DNA of 64,000 bases from Trichoplax sp. H2 (taxonomy: Eukaryota), in NCBI GenBank assembly GCA_003344405.1, contig NOWV01000003.1, forward strand, positions 806,001 to 870,000, given 5' to 3'. This document shows, in pieces, positions 40,044-52,300 of this stretch (the stretch's first letter is position 1; each line of letters begins with the position of its first letter). Made by a program: the position numbers and the translations under genes. The notes beneath the pieces are model-generated. The model ran no database searches. It was not told where the DNA came from and saw only the letters and a program-made list of their open reading frames with translations.

Positions 40044-43000
40044 GATGCTAGGATAAAGAATTAAGAACACTGAATTAGTTTCTCCTATAACAACTATATA
40101 CTACATCAATACTTTGTAACAGGTGCAATACATGTTGTAACTGTGGTAGTATGTAATTAACTCGCATCAGTTTTCTCCTGATACGATTTTTAAACCAATT
40201 TCAGTATTTATAGTTGTATCAGCTGCATCTTAGCGTAGAATGATCAAACGGTTTTATGACATTGGAAGGACGGCCAATATTGTTGCTACTAGATATGAGC
40301 TAGACTTCTAGATAACTAGTAAATCTAGAAGTATGGTATGACTATGAGTATGAAGTTAGTGAGCTGTAAAGGTTAGTATAGCAACTGCTATATTACCAAA
40401 CTGCGTTAATGTGGGTATGCGATGGCTGCTCAATTTTGTTACCGTGACATCAGACTAGCTGGAATTTGTTTACTCACTTACAAATAATGCTAAATTGAGC
40501 TATTGTAAATTTAGGAAAAATTTACTACACAGCCAACAGATACCTACCAACAGTAACATAAAAATGGTGGAATATGTGTACTTGAATACTGGAAATTTTA
40601 ACATGTATCAGAGATCACGAGTTCTTCGGTGTCCCAACATGTCTATTCCACGTACAGTACTCGTATTTATTAAAATTTTTTAGATTTATAAATTTAATTT
40701 ATAATACTGGTAAGGACAGTATACGTAGTATTATCTACTCATTATGTTCATATAATGCTATATTACTGTGTACTGTAATTTGTATGAAAGTTTTATAGCT
40801 ACTCATAATCCTGTTATATTTAATAAAATACTTCGGTTCTAGCGTCACAACCGAAACTTTCCTTATTATATATGCAGCATAGTAGTTTGCATACACTGTA
40901 AATGCCATTGAAATAGGGCTAACAGGCTACTGTATGAAAGATACATATCAATGGGGTAGAGTAAGCGTTCCTGGCAAAGGTATTATAGATATAAAACCTA
41001 ATATACGTTGTACGGCCTAATATTGTATTTTTAACAAATTATATTAATTACGAAAGTACAATACTATAGTAAGCAGTCTGAATACCGTACATTTAACATT
41101 TGTTGCAAACGACTATATCTATTTGAAATAAGATTCTTTTATCAATCATAAGCTAATGCCATAGAATAAATACCGGAGCTTCGGGTTTACCTAAGTACAA
41201 AACTGTATTAACAGTAATTGAATTACTTTCTTGATTGTTAGGCAAGATATTACTCTCTTACTACTGTACTATCTTCTACGTTGGGTGAATAGCATTTGCA
41301 CAATCTACGATGTCAAATTCCACTTGATTAATTTTATTTTAACATGCTAAAATACATTATGTAATCCCTTGTTGTCACTTTATACAATCCCTACAGCGAC
41401 ATCATCCAATTGCATTAACATCTCGTTGCTGACGATGTAACGTTATTCATGTTTACGTACATTTTGAAGATTCTTCAAAGGTAGAAATTAGATAGGAGCA
41501 ACAGTATAGGTTGTAATGCTAGCTTGCTAATACAGTATCCGAACTCACTGCGTAAGTGCTTAGTTATTGTTATTATTAGTTGTAAACCAGCCGTTTAAAT
41601 TTAAATGGGCCAGAAAAAATGTCCACTATGTTAGAGATATAATTTATACTTGTATATCTATACGAACAGTATTTTGTATAAATATTATTTAAAAATCTAA
41701 AATCATAGTTACTGACGTGTAGTACACTGTTCCCAAATATACCCTGAGAATAATATACTGGTATTATTGTTTTGGTGCAAAGTGTGCATCAGTACTGTAC
41801 AGAGTGCAGTCTTTGCAAAAGTTACGTAGAAATTTCGATGTAGCCTGAACAACTATTTATTAGGGTGCACAGCTTAAAAAAGTTCGTATCATGGCAGCAT
41901 GCTTCTACCAGTGTTGTAGCCCCACGGGACCAACTAAATTATCATACCCATACAACACTGGTTTATATATTACATGCTGCATGAATGCATTTAAGTATTC
42001 CGCTGCAATTAATATTATTTAATGAATCTGGTAGAACAATTTCATGTTGTAGCTAATATCATATTTATAGACCACAATCGATTATAAATGATGTAGCAGA
42101 GCAAACTAAATTGCACCGCATGATCAGTTGAACAGCTTGAGCCTGACATATACGAGTAAATATGTACAACATACGTGCATTACAATAAATCGTGGTGTCG
42201 TGCATACAGTAGATCGCTACAATATACAGTATTCATGCCATAAATAATACGTGTACATGCAGTAAGCAACAGTATAATAATCAGATAAAGTCATATGCTT
42301 TCAGTATAATATACTCAGTGTAAAGTGATGGAGAGTGGTAGAAATGTAAAAGTATAAATACGCAAACATTACGCGACGTATCACGAAACGAGGGGTTCGA
42401 CTAGTATGTAATGGTATAATAACGGTACACTATACAGTAATAATAATAATAGTTATAATTAATAGCTATACTGTGGTCTCGCGATGATTTAAGGCTGAAC
42501 CGCTGAAGTGACCATATGGAAATGATTGAAGATTGTATAAAGTAAAAATTATATATATATAAATAAGAATACTGTGTACACATAATTTGTTCGTGTTAAA
42601 TTGACGATGAATGGGTAGTAGATGTCGTGGCCCCCAATTTTATCCTCTATATTTCTAACTCCTTCACCGTTTACAGACGAAAGACTGCAATATATTGTAC
42701 AATATTAATTACTGCACGTCTATTTCAATTAAATATTAATTAATTATTCCTATATTGCCCCGTGTTTACTTACTACTAATTTATACAGTATAATAATTAA
42801 CATCTATATATATACAATATATATATATATTCTCATGTATATATGTCATATATATAATTCTATACGAGCATAGTTCCATACTGGTACAGTATAACAGGAT
42901 ACGCATGCAGTAAGTATAAGATATACTTTACTGTACTTCGTATACTATATATATACGTATACGTATATAAATTACAAAGATAATTTTATGATCATATCAT

Positions 43001-43539
43001 TTGGATTCTACTGAAGTTATGATCGATACTCAACCTAGAGATTTGTTTATATCGAATGCATCACTATCAATTTCTATATGCATTGCATGAGACAGTCGAA
43101 CGTTACTTTTATATCACTATATTCTAATTATAGCTAAAACGAAGCCAAAGCATACCGCGGTTGCTAATATCTTTAAGAAAAAAATGAACTATACCATGTA
43201 CTGTATTGTATTATACCGAATCGTGCGGTACACTGTACGAGTGTACGTCGACTAGTTACTCGATTCTGCACAATGCAGTCAGTGAACTCAAAGTTTCTGT
43301 CAAGTTCGTCAATCTTATTTGCTGCGCGTGTACGTCTCCAGCTAATAATGCAGTAAATCAGAATAAAAGATAGATTGCTGATATAGTAATGGTATAAAAA
43401 TAAGAGATTTAATAACTTACTCTATGCTTACCTCAATATTAATATAAATAACAGAAGTGACTTTGAGAGCTGGTGCTTAAAATTGTAGCAATAACCTAGT
43501 ACACCCTGCATTAATACCCATAAAATAACAACTGGAAAA

Positions 43540-43690
43540 GCTCGTTTACTGTACAGTACTGGACTACAATCTCTCGAGCGCCGTCGTTTTGTACTGTACA
43601 GTACTGTACAGTACAGTACAGTACAGTACAGTCTGTAGAGACCCTTTAGAGTACTGTAGAGCTGTACTGTACACTGTACTGTGGCATGGG
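43540..43690. repeat. CAGTA/CTGTA array
   Basis: GTACTGTACAGTACTGTACAGTACAGTACAGTACAGTACAGT at 43591-43632, plus flanking units. Confidence 0.9.
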
Positions 43691-44663
43691 CGTAAATCTT
43701 ACGCATACAGTAGGCCGTATACTCTATACAGTCCTGTAATACAGTAGATCATCTGTGAACTTTGATGGCAACCGCAACTTCTACCAGTGCACTCTGGTTG
43801 ACCGATTGAGGGTGTACTGTATTCTATTGTACTCGACTGGGATTGAAGGAACAACTTGTCAAACCGGTTAAGCTAAACTTCACCCTTAGACAATACAGTA
43901 TTAACAATAGCAGGGCTGGGACTACCAAAGAGAAAAGATCATGTTATGATCTCCATGCAGAACCATCTTCATGTTAATATCATATTTGATTAAAATTAGA
44001 ATTGATTATATATCAGTAGTAGTAGTAGTCATGTACATTATACATGTACAGAAGGTGTTGTAGGAAATGTTGCACTAGGTTTTATCTTTTCTTTCAGTTC
44101 TGTACTACAGTATTTTGAAAGTAGAGACCATCACACTGCATAGTCAGGTATACTGGACATACTGTACTGTAGACATTGGGCAGTCAGTAAAGTCGGATTG
44201 ACACTTGACTCCGAGACAATATGTCTATTACATATACTGTACACAAGCAGCTAGTGTAAATTGTTAAAATGAGACAGTATATGAGCGTATAATAATTAAG
44301 AATGACTGAGGAAAAAAGTTCGGTTAAATTGATGTATTGAGCGTGTTTATGAAAGTTTCAACATGGCATTCTGTGCAATGTATAGTACTGTACATTAAAT
44401 TTGAATTTGTTATACTGTATACTAGCAGGGACTTCTGAGAAAGTCCCTGTTTCTAGCTTAGCTTAACCTTCATACCATTCTATGCGGATAATGACTGTTG
44501 ACAATCACATCAGCCAGTACTGTACACTGTACTGTATAACGCTCGTGATAATTTGTTTCTGTACTGTACACTTTCTTTGTACTGTACAGTACACTGAGTA
44601 CTGTACTGTACATGTACGTACTGTACTGTATTGTACTGTACACTGTACACTGTATAGTACTTA

Positions 44664-44835
44664 GGCCCAGCCATAATAACCCCGATTACTCAGATACTCA
44701 GCGTAAATAGCGAAAACGATGATACATTATTCTAAGAGTCTGTACCTCAAATTTCATTCGAAATCGAATCGATGTATCATCGTTTAAGCTATTTAGCCTG
44801 AGTGTCTGAGTAATCGGGGTTATTATGGCTGGGCC
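44664..44835. mobile_element. 172-bp MITE with about 63-bp terminal inverted repeats, TA-flanked (first copy)
   Basis: TA|GGCCCAGCCATAATAACCCCGATTACTCAGA...TCTGAGTAATCGGGGTTATTATGGCTGGGCC|TA; no coding capacity. Confidence 0.85.
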
Positions 44836-44847
44836 TACTATAATCGC

Positions 44848-44941
44848 ATGAAATTTGAGGTACAGACTCTTAGAATAATGTATCATCGTTTAAGCTATTT
44901 ACGCTGAGTATCTGAGTAATCGGGGTTATTATGGCTGGGCC
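44848..44941 (-). mobile_element. Inverted partial copy (left half) of the same MITE
   Basis: Reverse complement of about the first 94 bp of the element, ending GGCTGGGCC|TA. Confidence 0.8.
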
Positions 44942-45774
44942 TACAGTACGGTACACCGAGGGTACAGTACNNNNNNNNNNNNNNNNNNNNCTACCAAAGA
45001 GAAAAGATCATGTTATGATCTCCATGCAGAACCATCTTCATGTTAATATCATATTTGATTAAAATTAGAATTGATTATATATCAGTAGTAGTAGTCATGT
45101 ACATTATACATGTACAGAAGGTGTTGCAGGAAATGTTGCACTAGGTTTTATCTTTTCTTTCAGTTCTGTACTACAGTACTGTATTCTGAAAGTAGAGACC
45201 CTCACACTGCATAGTCAGGTATACTGGACATACTGTACTGTAGACATTGGGCAGTCAGTAAAGTCGGATTGACACTTGACTCCGAGACAATATGTCTATT
45301 ACATATACTGTACACAAGCAGCTAGTGTGAATTGTTAAAATGAGACAGTGTATGAGCGTATAATAATTAAGAATGACTGAGGAAAAAAAGTTCGGTTAAA
45401 TTGATGTATTGAGCGTGTTTATGAAAGTTTCAACATGGCATTCTGTGCAATGTATAGTACATTAAATTTGAATTTGTTATATACTAGCAGGGACTTCTGA
45501 GAGAGAAAGTCCCTGTTTCTAGCTTAGCTTAACCTTCATACCATTCTATGCGGATAATGACTGTTGACAATCACATCAGCCAGTACTGTACACTGTATAA
45601 CGCTCGTGATAATTTGCTTCTGTACACTTTCTTTGTACAGTACACTGAGTACAGTGTGATTCAGCTATTAGTGCATAAAATCAAGTCATAAATGCGTTTG
45701 GCTTAATAAATAAATAAATAAATCCCTAAATAAATCAAGCAGTCAGAGCTACTATAGTAATAGAGATTGACTAA

Positions 45775-46072
45775 CAGTACCGTATAGTGTACAGTACTGT
45801 GCATATTAATTTTTCTGTGTGTTGGTTTGTGTACACTGTACACTGTACAGTACAGTACAGTACACTTCTTCTACGCGGAGTGAAATTACAGTACTGTACT
45901 GTATAGTACTGTACAGTACAGTACAGTAAAGTACTGTAGTAGTCGTGAGTAAAAACTTTGAATACATACTGTACAGTACAGTACAGTACTGTACAGTACA
46001 GTAGTCGTGAGTAAAAACTTTGAATACATGTACTGTACTGTATTGTACTGTACACTGTACACTGTACAGTAC
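45775..46072. repeat. CAGTA/CTGTA arrays with an embedded 29-bp direct repeat (45939-45967, 46001-46029)
   Basis: GTAGTCGTGAGTAAAAACTTTGAATACAT twice, separated and flanked by pentamer runs. Confidence 0.9.
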
Positions 46073-46075
46073 TTA

Positions 46076-46247
46076 GGCCCAGCCATAATAACCCCGATTA
46101 CTCAGATACTCAGCGTAAATAGCGAAAACGATGATACATTATTCTAAGAGTCTGTACCTCAAATTTCATTCGAAATCGAATCGATGTATCATCGTTTAAG
46201 CTATTTAGCCTGAGTGTCTGAGTAATCGGGGTTATTATGGCTGGGCC
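46076..46247. mobile_element. 172-bp MITE (second copy), about 100 bp upstream of the CRIPT start codon
   Basis: Same sequence as 44664-44835 on visual comparison, with TA at 46074-75 and 46248-49. Confidence 0.85.
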
Positions 46248-46349
46248 TACAGTACGGTACACCGAGGGTACAGTACTTTACACTGTACTGTGTGTACTGT
46301 GCACTCTTAGTTCTGATTAAAGACGACAAGACGGCTTAGAGGTGCGACC

Positions 46350-47916
46350 ATGGTATGCCCAAAATGTCAGTAAATCACTTACATTCTTGAGAATTGTTTC
46401 TTATCGCCGGCTATAAAATACAAATAGAAGATACAATGGAAAAAAAAAGTGTTCAATATTATCATATCACTAATTTGTACTCATTTTAATGTTACAGGTG
46501 AAAAAAAATTAGGTAAAGTTATCTGTCCTGATCCATGGAAATCAGGAGCTAGGAATACGGTTGGTGAGTGCTGATATATTCAAATTCACTTTCATCGTAG
46601 ATAGCGACGGGTCGAGTCTAGATACAGTGTGATTATCCTATGTTATTGAAGCTCTATATCAACGATTCAGTTCATTCTCTGATATCATAATATGGATTAC
46701 TTTTTTACTGGTGATGTTCTTGTATTGCTTTAGCTTTTCTATTTTATCATTACAGTATCTTATTTAGTTCTATAACAATTGATTACGATGATATCACAGT
46801 TTTAATTGGACTCTATTCTTCAAACCAATTTCAAATTAAGATGGGGATAAGAGGAGAATCAACGAAAATAAGGCTTTAACTGCCAAAAAAAATAGGTTTG
46901 TGTAACTTTTAATTAATTATACGTGTAAATATATATACGACTAGTTTTATGCCTTTCGAATTTTAAAATTGCCTTGATACAGTGGTTACTACAGCTGTTT
47001 CAAGAAATTTTTTTGACAAAAGTTTTACTCTCTTAATGCAACAATTTCATACAAAATATATTTGACAATTTAATAAATTGTCCAATGAAGTTACAGACCA
47101 TATCGGAGAGATCTACTAGTGACATGTTGTTTTTATTGATATTCATTAAACTTATCTATGCTACAAACAAATACCTTAGCTGCAGCACGGAACTGTAGCT
47201 GAAACTGATGTACTGTATAAAATCATCTAATAAACAATATATAAATAAAGTAAATAGGCTTATCTGTAGCTAATGCATAGCAGAATGAAATGGCCTATAC
47301 AGTACTGTTGTTTGTTATAGGTTTTCGCCATATCAGAACTTTAAGAAGTGTAAAATCTGTAAGCAAACAGTCCATCAAATGCATTCTCATTATTGCCAAG
47401 GTAATTTACTCTTACGTCATGTATTTAAAGATCTCGTACGATAGTTTGAGATACTGTATTATCTTCCAGTTGTTATACATAATTGGAGATACGATGACTA
47501 CAGTACATGCAAGATGCATTTTATATCATGGATAAATATGACCTAATATAACTGACGTTGATATTCATACTTGCATATTCTCTGATTTATATAGGATGTG
47601 CTTACAAGTTGGGTAAGAAATACAACCATTAATAGTTAACAACTAAGTGGTGACTTTTAATATATAAGATGGAATGTAGGACGCGAATAGTGGTGTCAAT
47701 TGTTGCATATTTTGCATTTATTTAGTATCTGTTCTAACCTAGATTTTTATATATAGACCATAAGAAATTAATTCTATTTTAACTTCGGTTGCTATAAATG
47801 CTGACCCTTAAACTATTACTCTGTAATGATACATTTATTTGAATATTCCAGGAATTTGTGCTATGTGTGGCGTAAAGATGTTGGATACGAAGAGATATAG
47901 ACAATCGACTACATAA
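46350..47916 (+). CDS. CRIPT: Cysteine-rich PDZ-binding protein, 6 small exons
   Basis: Spliced: MVCPKCEKKLGKVICPDPWKSGARNTVDGDKRRINENKALTAKKNRFSPYQNFKKCKICKQTVHQMHSHYCQGCAYKLGICAMCGVKMLDTKRYRQSTT*. Missing from the ORF track because the exons are tiny. Confidence 0.96.
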
Positions 47917-48093
47917 AAAATTATTTATTATAATTAATATTAATGTACGAAACTGCTATCATTGACATGAATTAACTATAAAATACGTAATAAATGTTGA
48001 ATGTAATGTATGATTTAACTATTCAAATATTTCTTAATTAGCTTAGCGTACATGCAATGCAACTGTATACTAGATACTGACAGTATTTGTTTA

Positions 48094-48330
48094 CAATTTT
48101 GTAACTCTGTATGAACTTCATCTGTGCAAGCTCTCCATAAAATTGGGTGATATGATAAAATAATTTCTATGCATCATGGTCTTACATGTATAAGATGAAT
48201 AGTAGTCTGTATGTGTGCAATTTTGTAACTCTGTATGAACAATTGTGCAAGCTATTCCCATCGGATTAGGCGATAATTGTAAAATAATCTTTACATATCA
48301 TGATTTTGCGGCTATAGAATATGAAGTAGT
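48094..48330. repeat. Diverged tandem duplication, period about 124 bp
   Basis: CAATTTTGTAACTCTGTATGAAC at 48094 and 48218, followed by decaying similarity (TGTGCAAGCT, TAAAATAAT, ATCATG). Confidence 0.75.
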
Positions 48331-49342
48331 TTAACTCAGCTAAAAATGATTAGTTATTATTATAGCATATTTTACTGCACTGTAATACATGCATTATTGC
48401 GAAATATTCATTCTGTATGTACTGTATGTTTATCGGCTTTTCCAAACATAAAAATATAATATTATATCTCAGAAATAAATACTAAATAATGAAATCTAAA
48501 TCACTTGTAACATATATTTAATTCATTTGATTTTTAGTTTTGTTACTGCGAAATTAAGTCGTTACCGTATATTAATGGATGTTATATAGTTGGATCTCGG
48601 TCCTGCCATTGGCTTGTAAATAGCATGAAGACCTCAATTTACGCATATATCAAAACGCTACGTGTCATGTTAAGCCTAGAGCAAAAGCTGTATATTATTA
48701 CTTCGTAAATACATTCCATTTGATTATGGCAACTATGTGATCTTGTAGTATACGTACTTCTTGAATGCTGTATTCTGTCTCGGAGCCCTAAGTGCAAAAT
48801 GATTTCAGTTCAATGTTTAGTATCTTGGAAAATTTGCTAAATCAAATATACCAATACATCAAATTTTTGCACAGTCATAACTATGCTATCTTAGACTATC
48901 AGTATACATCAGGTCTGTAATTAAGAACCTTGCAATGGTATTGAATATCGGCCTATAATAAAGTAATGTTATTCATAGTAACTCTAGCCGAAATTAATTG
49001 GATTATTAATTCATAAACTACTATGCAGCAAAACATATATCGTTCGAGTCTTCTAGGCATTCATGGCTGCTATACAAAATCATGTAGTTCACTATCATGT
49101 ATGCTACACTGTATTCGTACTGTATTAAATTGTAGCTTACAAAGTACGAGGACACTGCGCCTATTAAGTTAAATTAAATGGATCTAGCTGCCAGTACTCT
49201 ATAGTGCACCCCTATTACAGACAGTAAGCTTCAGTAAACTACCTAAACGTATAGTATGACAACATTGATCAGATTTTGAAGACGCACTCCTAATGGCGGA
49301 TAAAACGAAATTTATTTAAGCTGATTTAAACCACAATCAGAA

Positions 49343-52300
49343 ATGTCTGCTTCGTGTATTGTAACGCAGCCTGTTATCATAGACTTTGATGTTTTCTCTC
49401 TGTGGCTCAAAGGCTATACAAGTTAGTTTGATAAAAAATACTGACTAGTATTGTTGGTGTTAATTTTGCCTTTCCGCAACGATCGAAGAAATCTCGATCA
49501 ACACTACTGTAATTTATAAACGTACAGACATAGAAAAACTGTAATTCACTTTACTTTATAGTTTAGTCCATTTCCCATTTTTATAACGTATTGCCTGTAT
49601 ATTATTTTTGATCGTGATATATTGGCGTATGAATCATTACGTATAGTTGACGATGAACATAGTAGAACAGTAGTAGGATATTGGATTGGATTGGATTGGT
49701 GAATTAATTATAATAAATGATACATGCATTTTACTGATGTAGAGATGTAGTGGTTAATGCAAAGTACAGTATAGTTTGACTTCTCCTAAAGCTTTTATAG
49801 TATTGTACGGATGCGGGTAAAATTTTAAATATCGGAAAAACAGTCAATAAATACTATGATATTTTGCAAACAACTACAAATTGAGACTCTAATTTTGAAA
49901 ATTATACAGTATACCAATCACAGGTTAAAATTATTATTATTATCCACTTACGGCTCAATTAACATACATTGTAATTCTTTTGAAATCGACTTGCAGTCGA
50001 TGAAACCGTCAAGCATCGACTGAACAGAGAACAGGGATTAGCTAATAGATCTCAAGCTCGAATAGATCAAAAGCTAATTATTGCAGATACATTAGACTGC
50101 TATCGATTGTTCAATGTAATTGAGGACAAATATTTAAAAAATCCATCGTCTCTGGCAAATCAAATAATGTTTGATTTGCCACCCGATATCCAAAACAAGC
50201 TCATACAAGAGTAAGTGAAATTGTAATCTGAGTTTTAAAGTTAAAACTTGTTCAACTTTTTACAAGCTGCTTAATGTAAGGTTAATTTGGAATGACTGCA
50301 CTAATAATTAACTATCAATATAAGTTCTACGATACAGCAACTAAGTAGGCAATGCTAATATTATACCTTATACTCACATTACACGCTTTAGATACTACAG
50401 CTTCGACAAAGCATTCGCCCGAGAATTACTTGGTAAGAAATTATCTTCACGTTTACGTAAAGATGTAGATGAAATTGGAGAGAAGGCCAGAGTTTTATCA
50501 CGCAGTTGTCGACGACAAGTAAGTTGAAAACCAATACTTTCAACTGAATATATATATTGATTGTTAATAAGAAACGATTCACAAATGTAGCATGGGACTA
50601 TTCTAAATGCCAAATATGAAGTGTAAGCGTATCTAGTAGAAAATTATTTTGCCTTGCACTTGCAATTTATCCTTTAAATAAGTTTCTGGAACGATTTATT
50701 TTATTAATAACATAAAATATCTTTACTGTACATTAAACTCGCACGCCTTATTAAATGGTGTAGGGTTATGAAATTCGATCGCCTCTAAACGCACAAACTA
50801 TTAAATTGCGTTAATCGATCGTTGTAATATGGTAGTGAAATAATTACTAGTCAATTGTACAGTGTAAAGTTATTTTTGTACAACGGTCGATGTTGAGATC
50901 CTTCGAATATACAATAGTAACGACTTTACTCGGATGCAAATGCACAGTAACTACCACTTTGAAAGTGCTATCATCAAGAATATAGACAATGATGCCTGCT
51001 ATAAATTATGCGTTGCAATACTTGAAGGTTATTGCCAAGTGTATTGTGGTATTCTGTTAGACAATAATTACTATTTCTACTAATGACTTAAATTCTTTCT
51101 CAGTTGGATAATTTTAGGAGAGTCTTTAAAGCGGTTGAAGATCTTGATGGCTCTCTGCCTGGCAACATTCAATCTCAATTCCTCTTATCTGATAAATTAA
51201 CCAAGTTAGATCGTAAATTCTTACACATAAAAGTACAGTAGTTACTGTATAAAAATCTACGGTTTGATCTACAGCATCATGCCAATGCATTAAAATCGTG
51301 TTGTAACTTAATTAACTCTGAGGAATTACCTTTTATTAGATTATATGTAAATGTAATTTTCATGGCCAGTAATAAATTTGAAACTGGGAAAAAAAGGTGC
51401 TGTAGTTTTATCTTTGCGGCCTATTCTTTTTTTTAAAATACCATTGTGTGCAGTCTTTCTTTATTTAACACGTTTTTTCGCTATTTTAGGTTACAATATA
51501 TAACATTTGATATGTTTATGGGATGTTGTAAGGAAATAATTGAAAATTGGACCCTTAGCTTCAATAGTAATGATATATGAATAAAGTATAAAATACTTAA
51601 GAGCGATATCAAAATCGATTCAACTAATATGAATAATTTCCCATTCATATATGAATTATATTAGAGGATGGTGATATAGAAATTGATAAGACGTTTATTC
51701 AAGACTTGCGTGATCTGAAGTCAGTAACGAATGATAACATTGAGCAACATCGAACGTAAGTAAGCATTCTCGTAGATTGAACGCATCTAGAATTTTAGCT
51801 CAAGCCGTGTGCTTAAATCTAAAGACTATTGCTAGCTAAATTAAGTGGAAAAGTAAAAGAAGATTCACTCCTATCAATCGGCTCACACTTCAAGGTTTCA
51901 ATTTTTCAATAATTGCAATAAATTTATTATAAATTCTACTAATAAATACATATTTTACTAGGCGATGATGAGAGCAACCCTAAATATCGCTACCGGATTA
52001 GTTCACAGTAAAGAATGGAAAGATATCTATAATAACATGGTTGAAAAGGTCTGAATTTTTTGCATCTATAAGTCTTTGTTGATTGAAAATTACATGAAAC
52101 TAAGTTTTTAACATGAGATAAAAAATAAAATATCACAGGTTATAGAAATACTGAGACATATGCGAATCGACCAAGAACAAAGCGAGTTAATCCTTAATGC
52201 ATTTTCGGAAACAGCTGCTGATGTAACACTGTGAGTTTATAAGCAATGAAAGTTTGACTATATCGATAGTTCGACTAATCAATGGTTAATTTTTATACAT

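Larger units (their letters stand above)
43922..46276. repeat. Near-identical direct duplication across a 20-N gap (43922-44970 vs 44991-46276), probably two haplotypes
   Basis: Both copies start CTACCAAAGAGAAAAGATC and end CACCGAGGGTACAGTAC; N run 44971-44990. They differ by SNPs, CTGTA indels, a 373-bp indel and MITE structure. Confidence 0.9.

Noticed and set aside
40100..43500. Transposase or hidden gene in the long GNMT upstream region
   Set aside because: No long ORF, DDE motif or coherent exon chain was seen; the enzyme behind the footprints is not encoded in this window.
45880..46070. Interstitial telomeric or simple slippage satellite explanation for the arrays
   Set aside because: Units occur in mixed orientation and arise de novo at isolated TAs. 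Slippage may extend pure runs but cannot account for the seeding.
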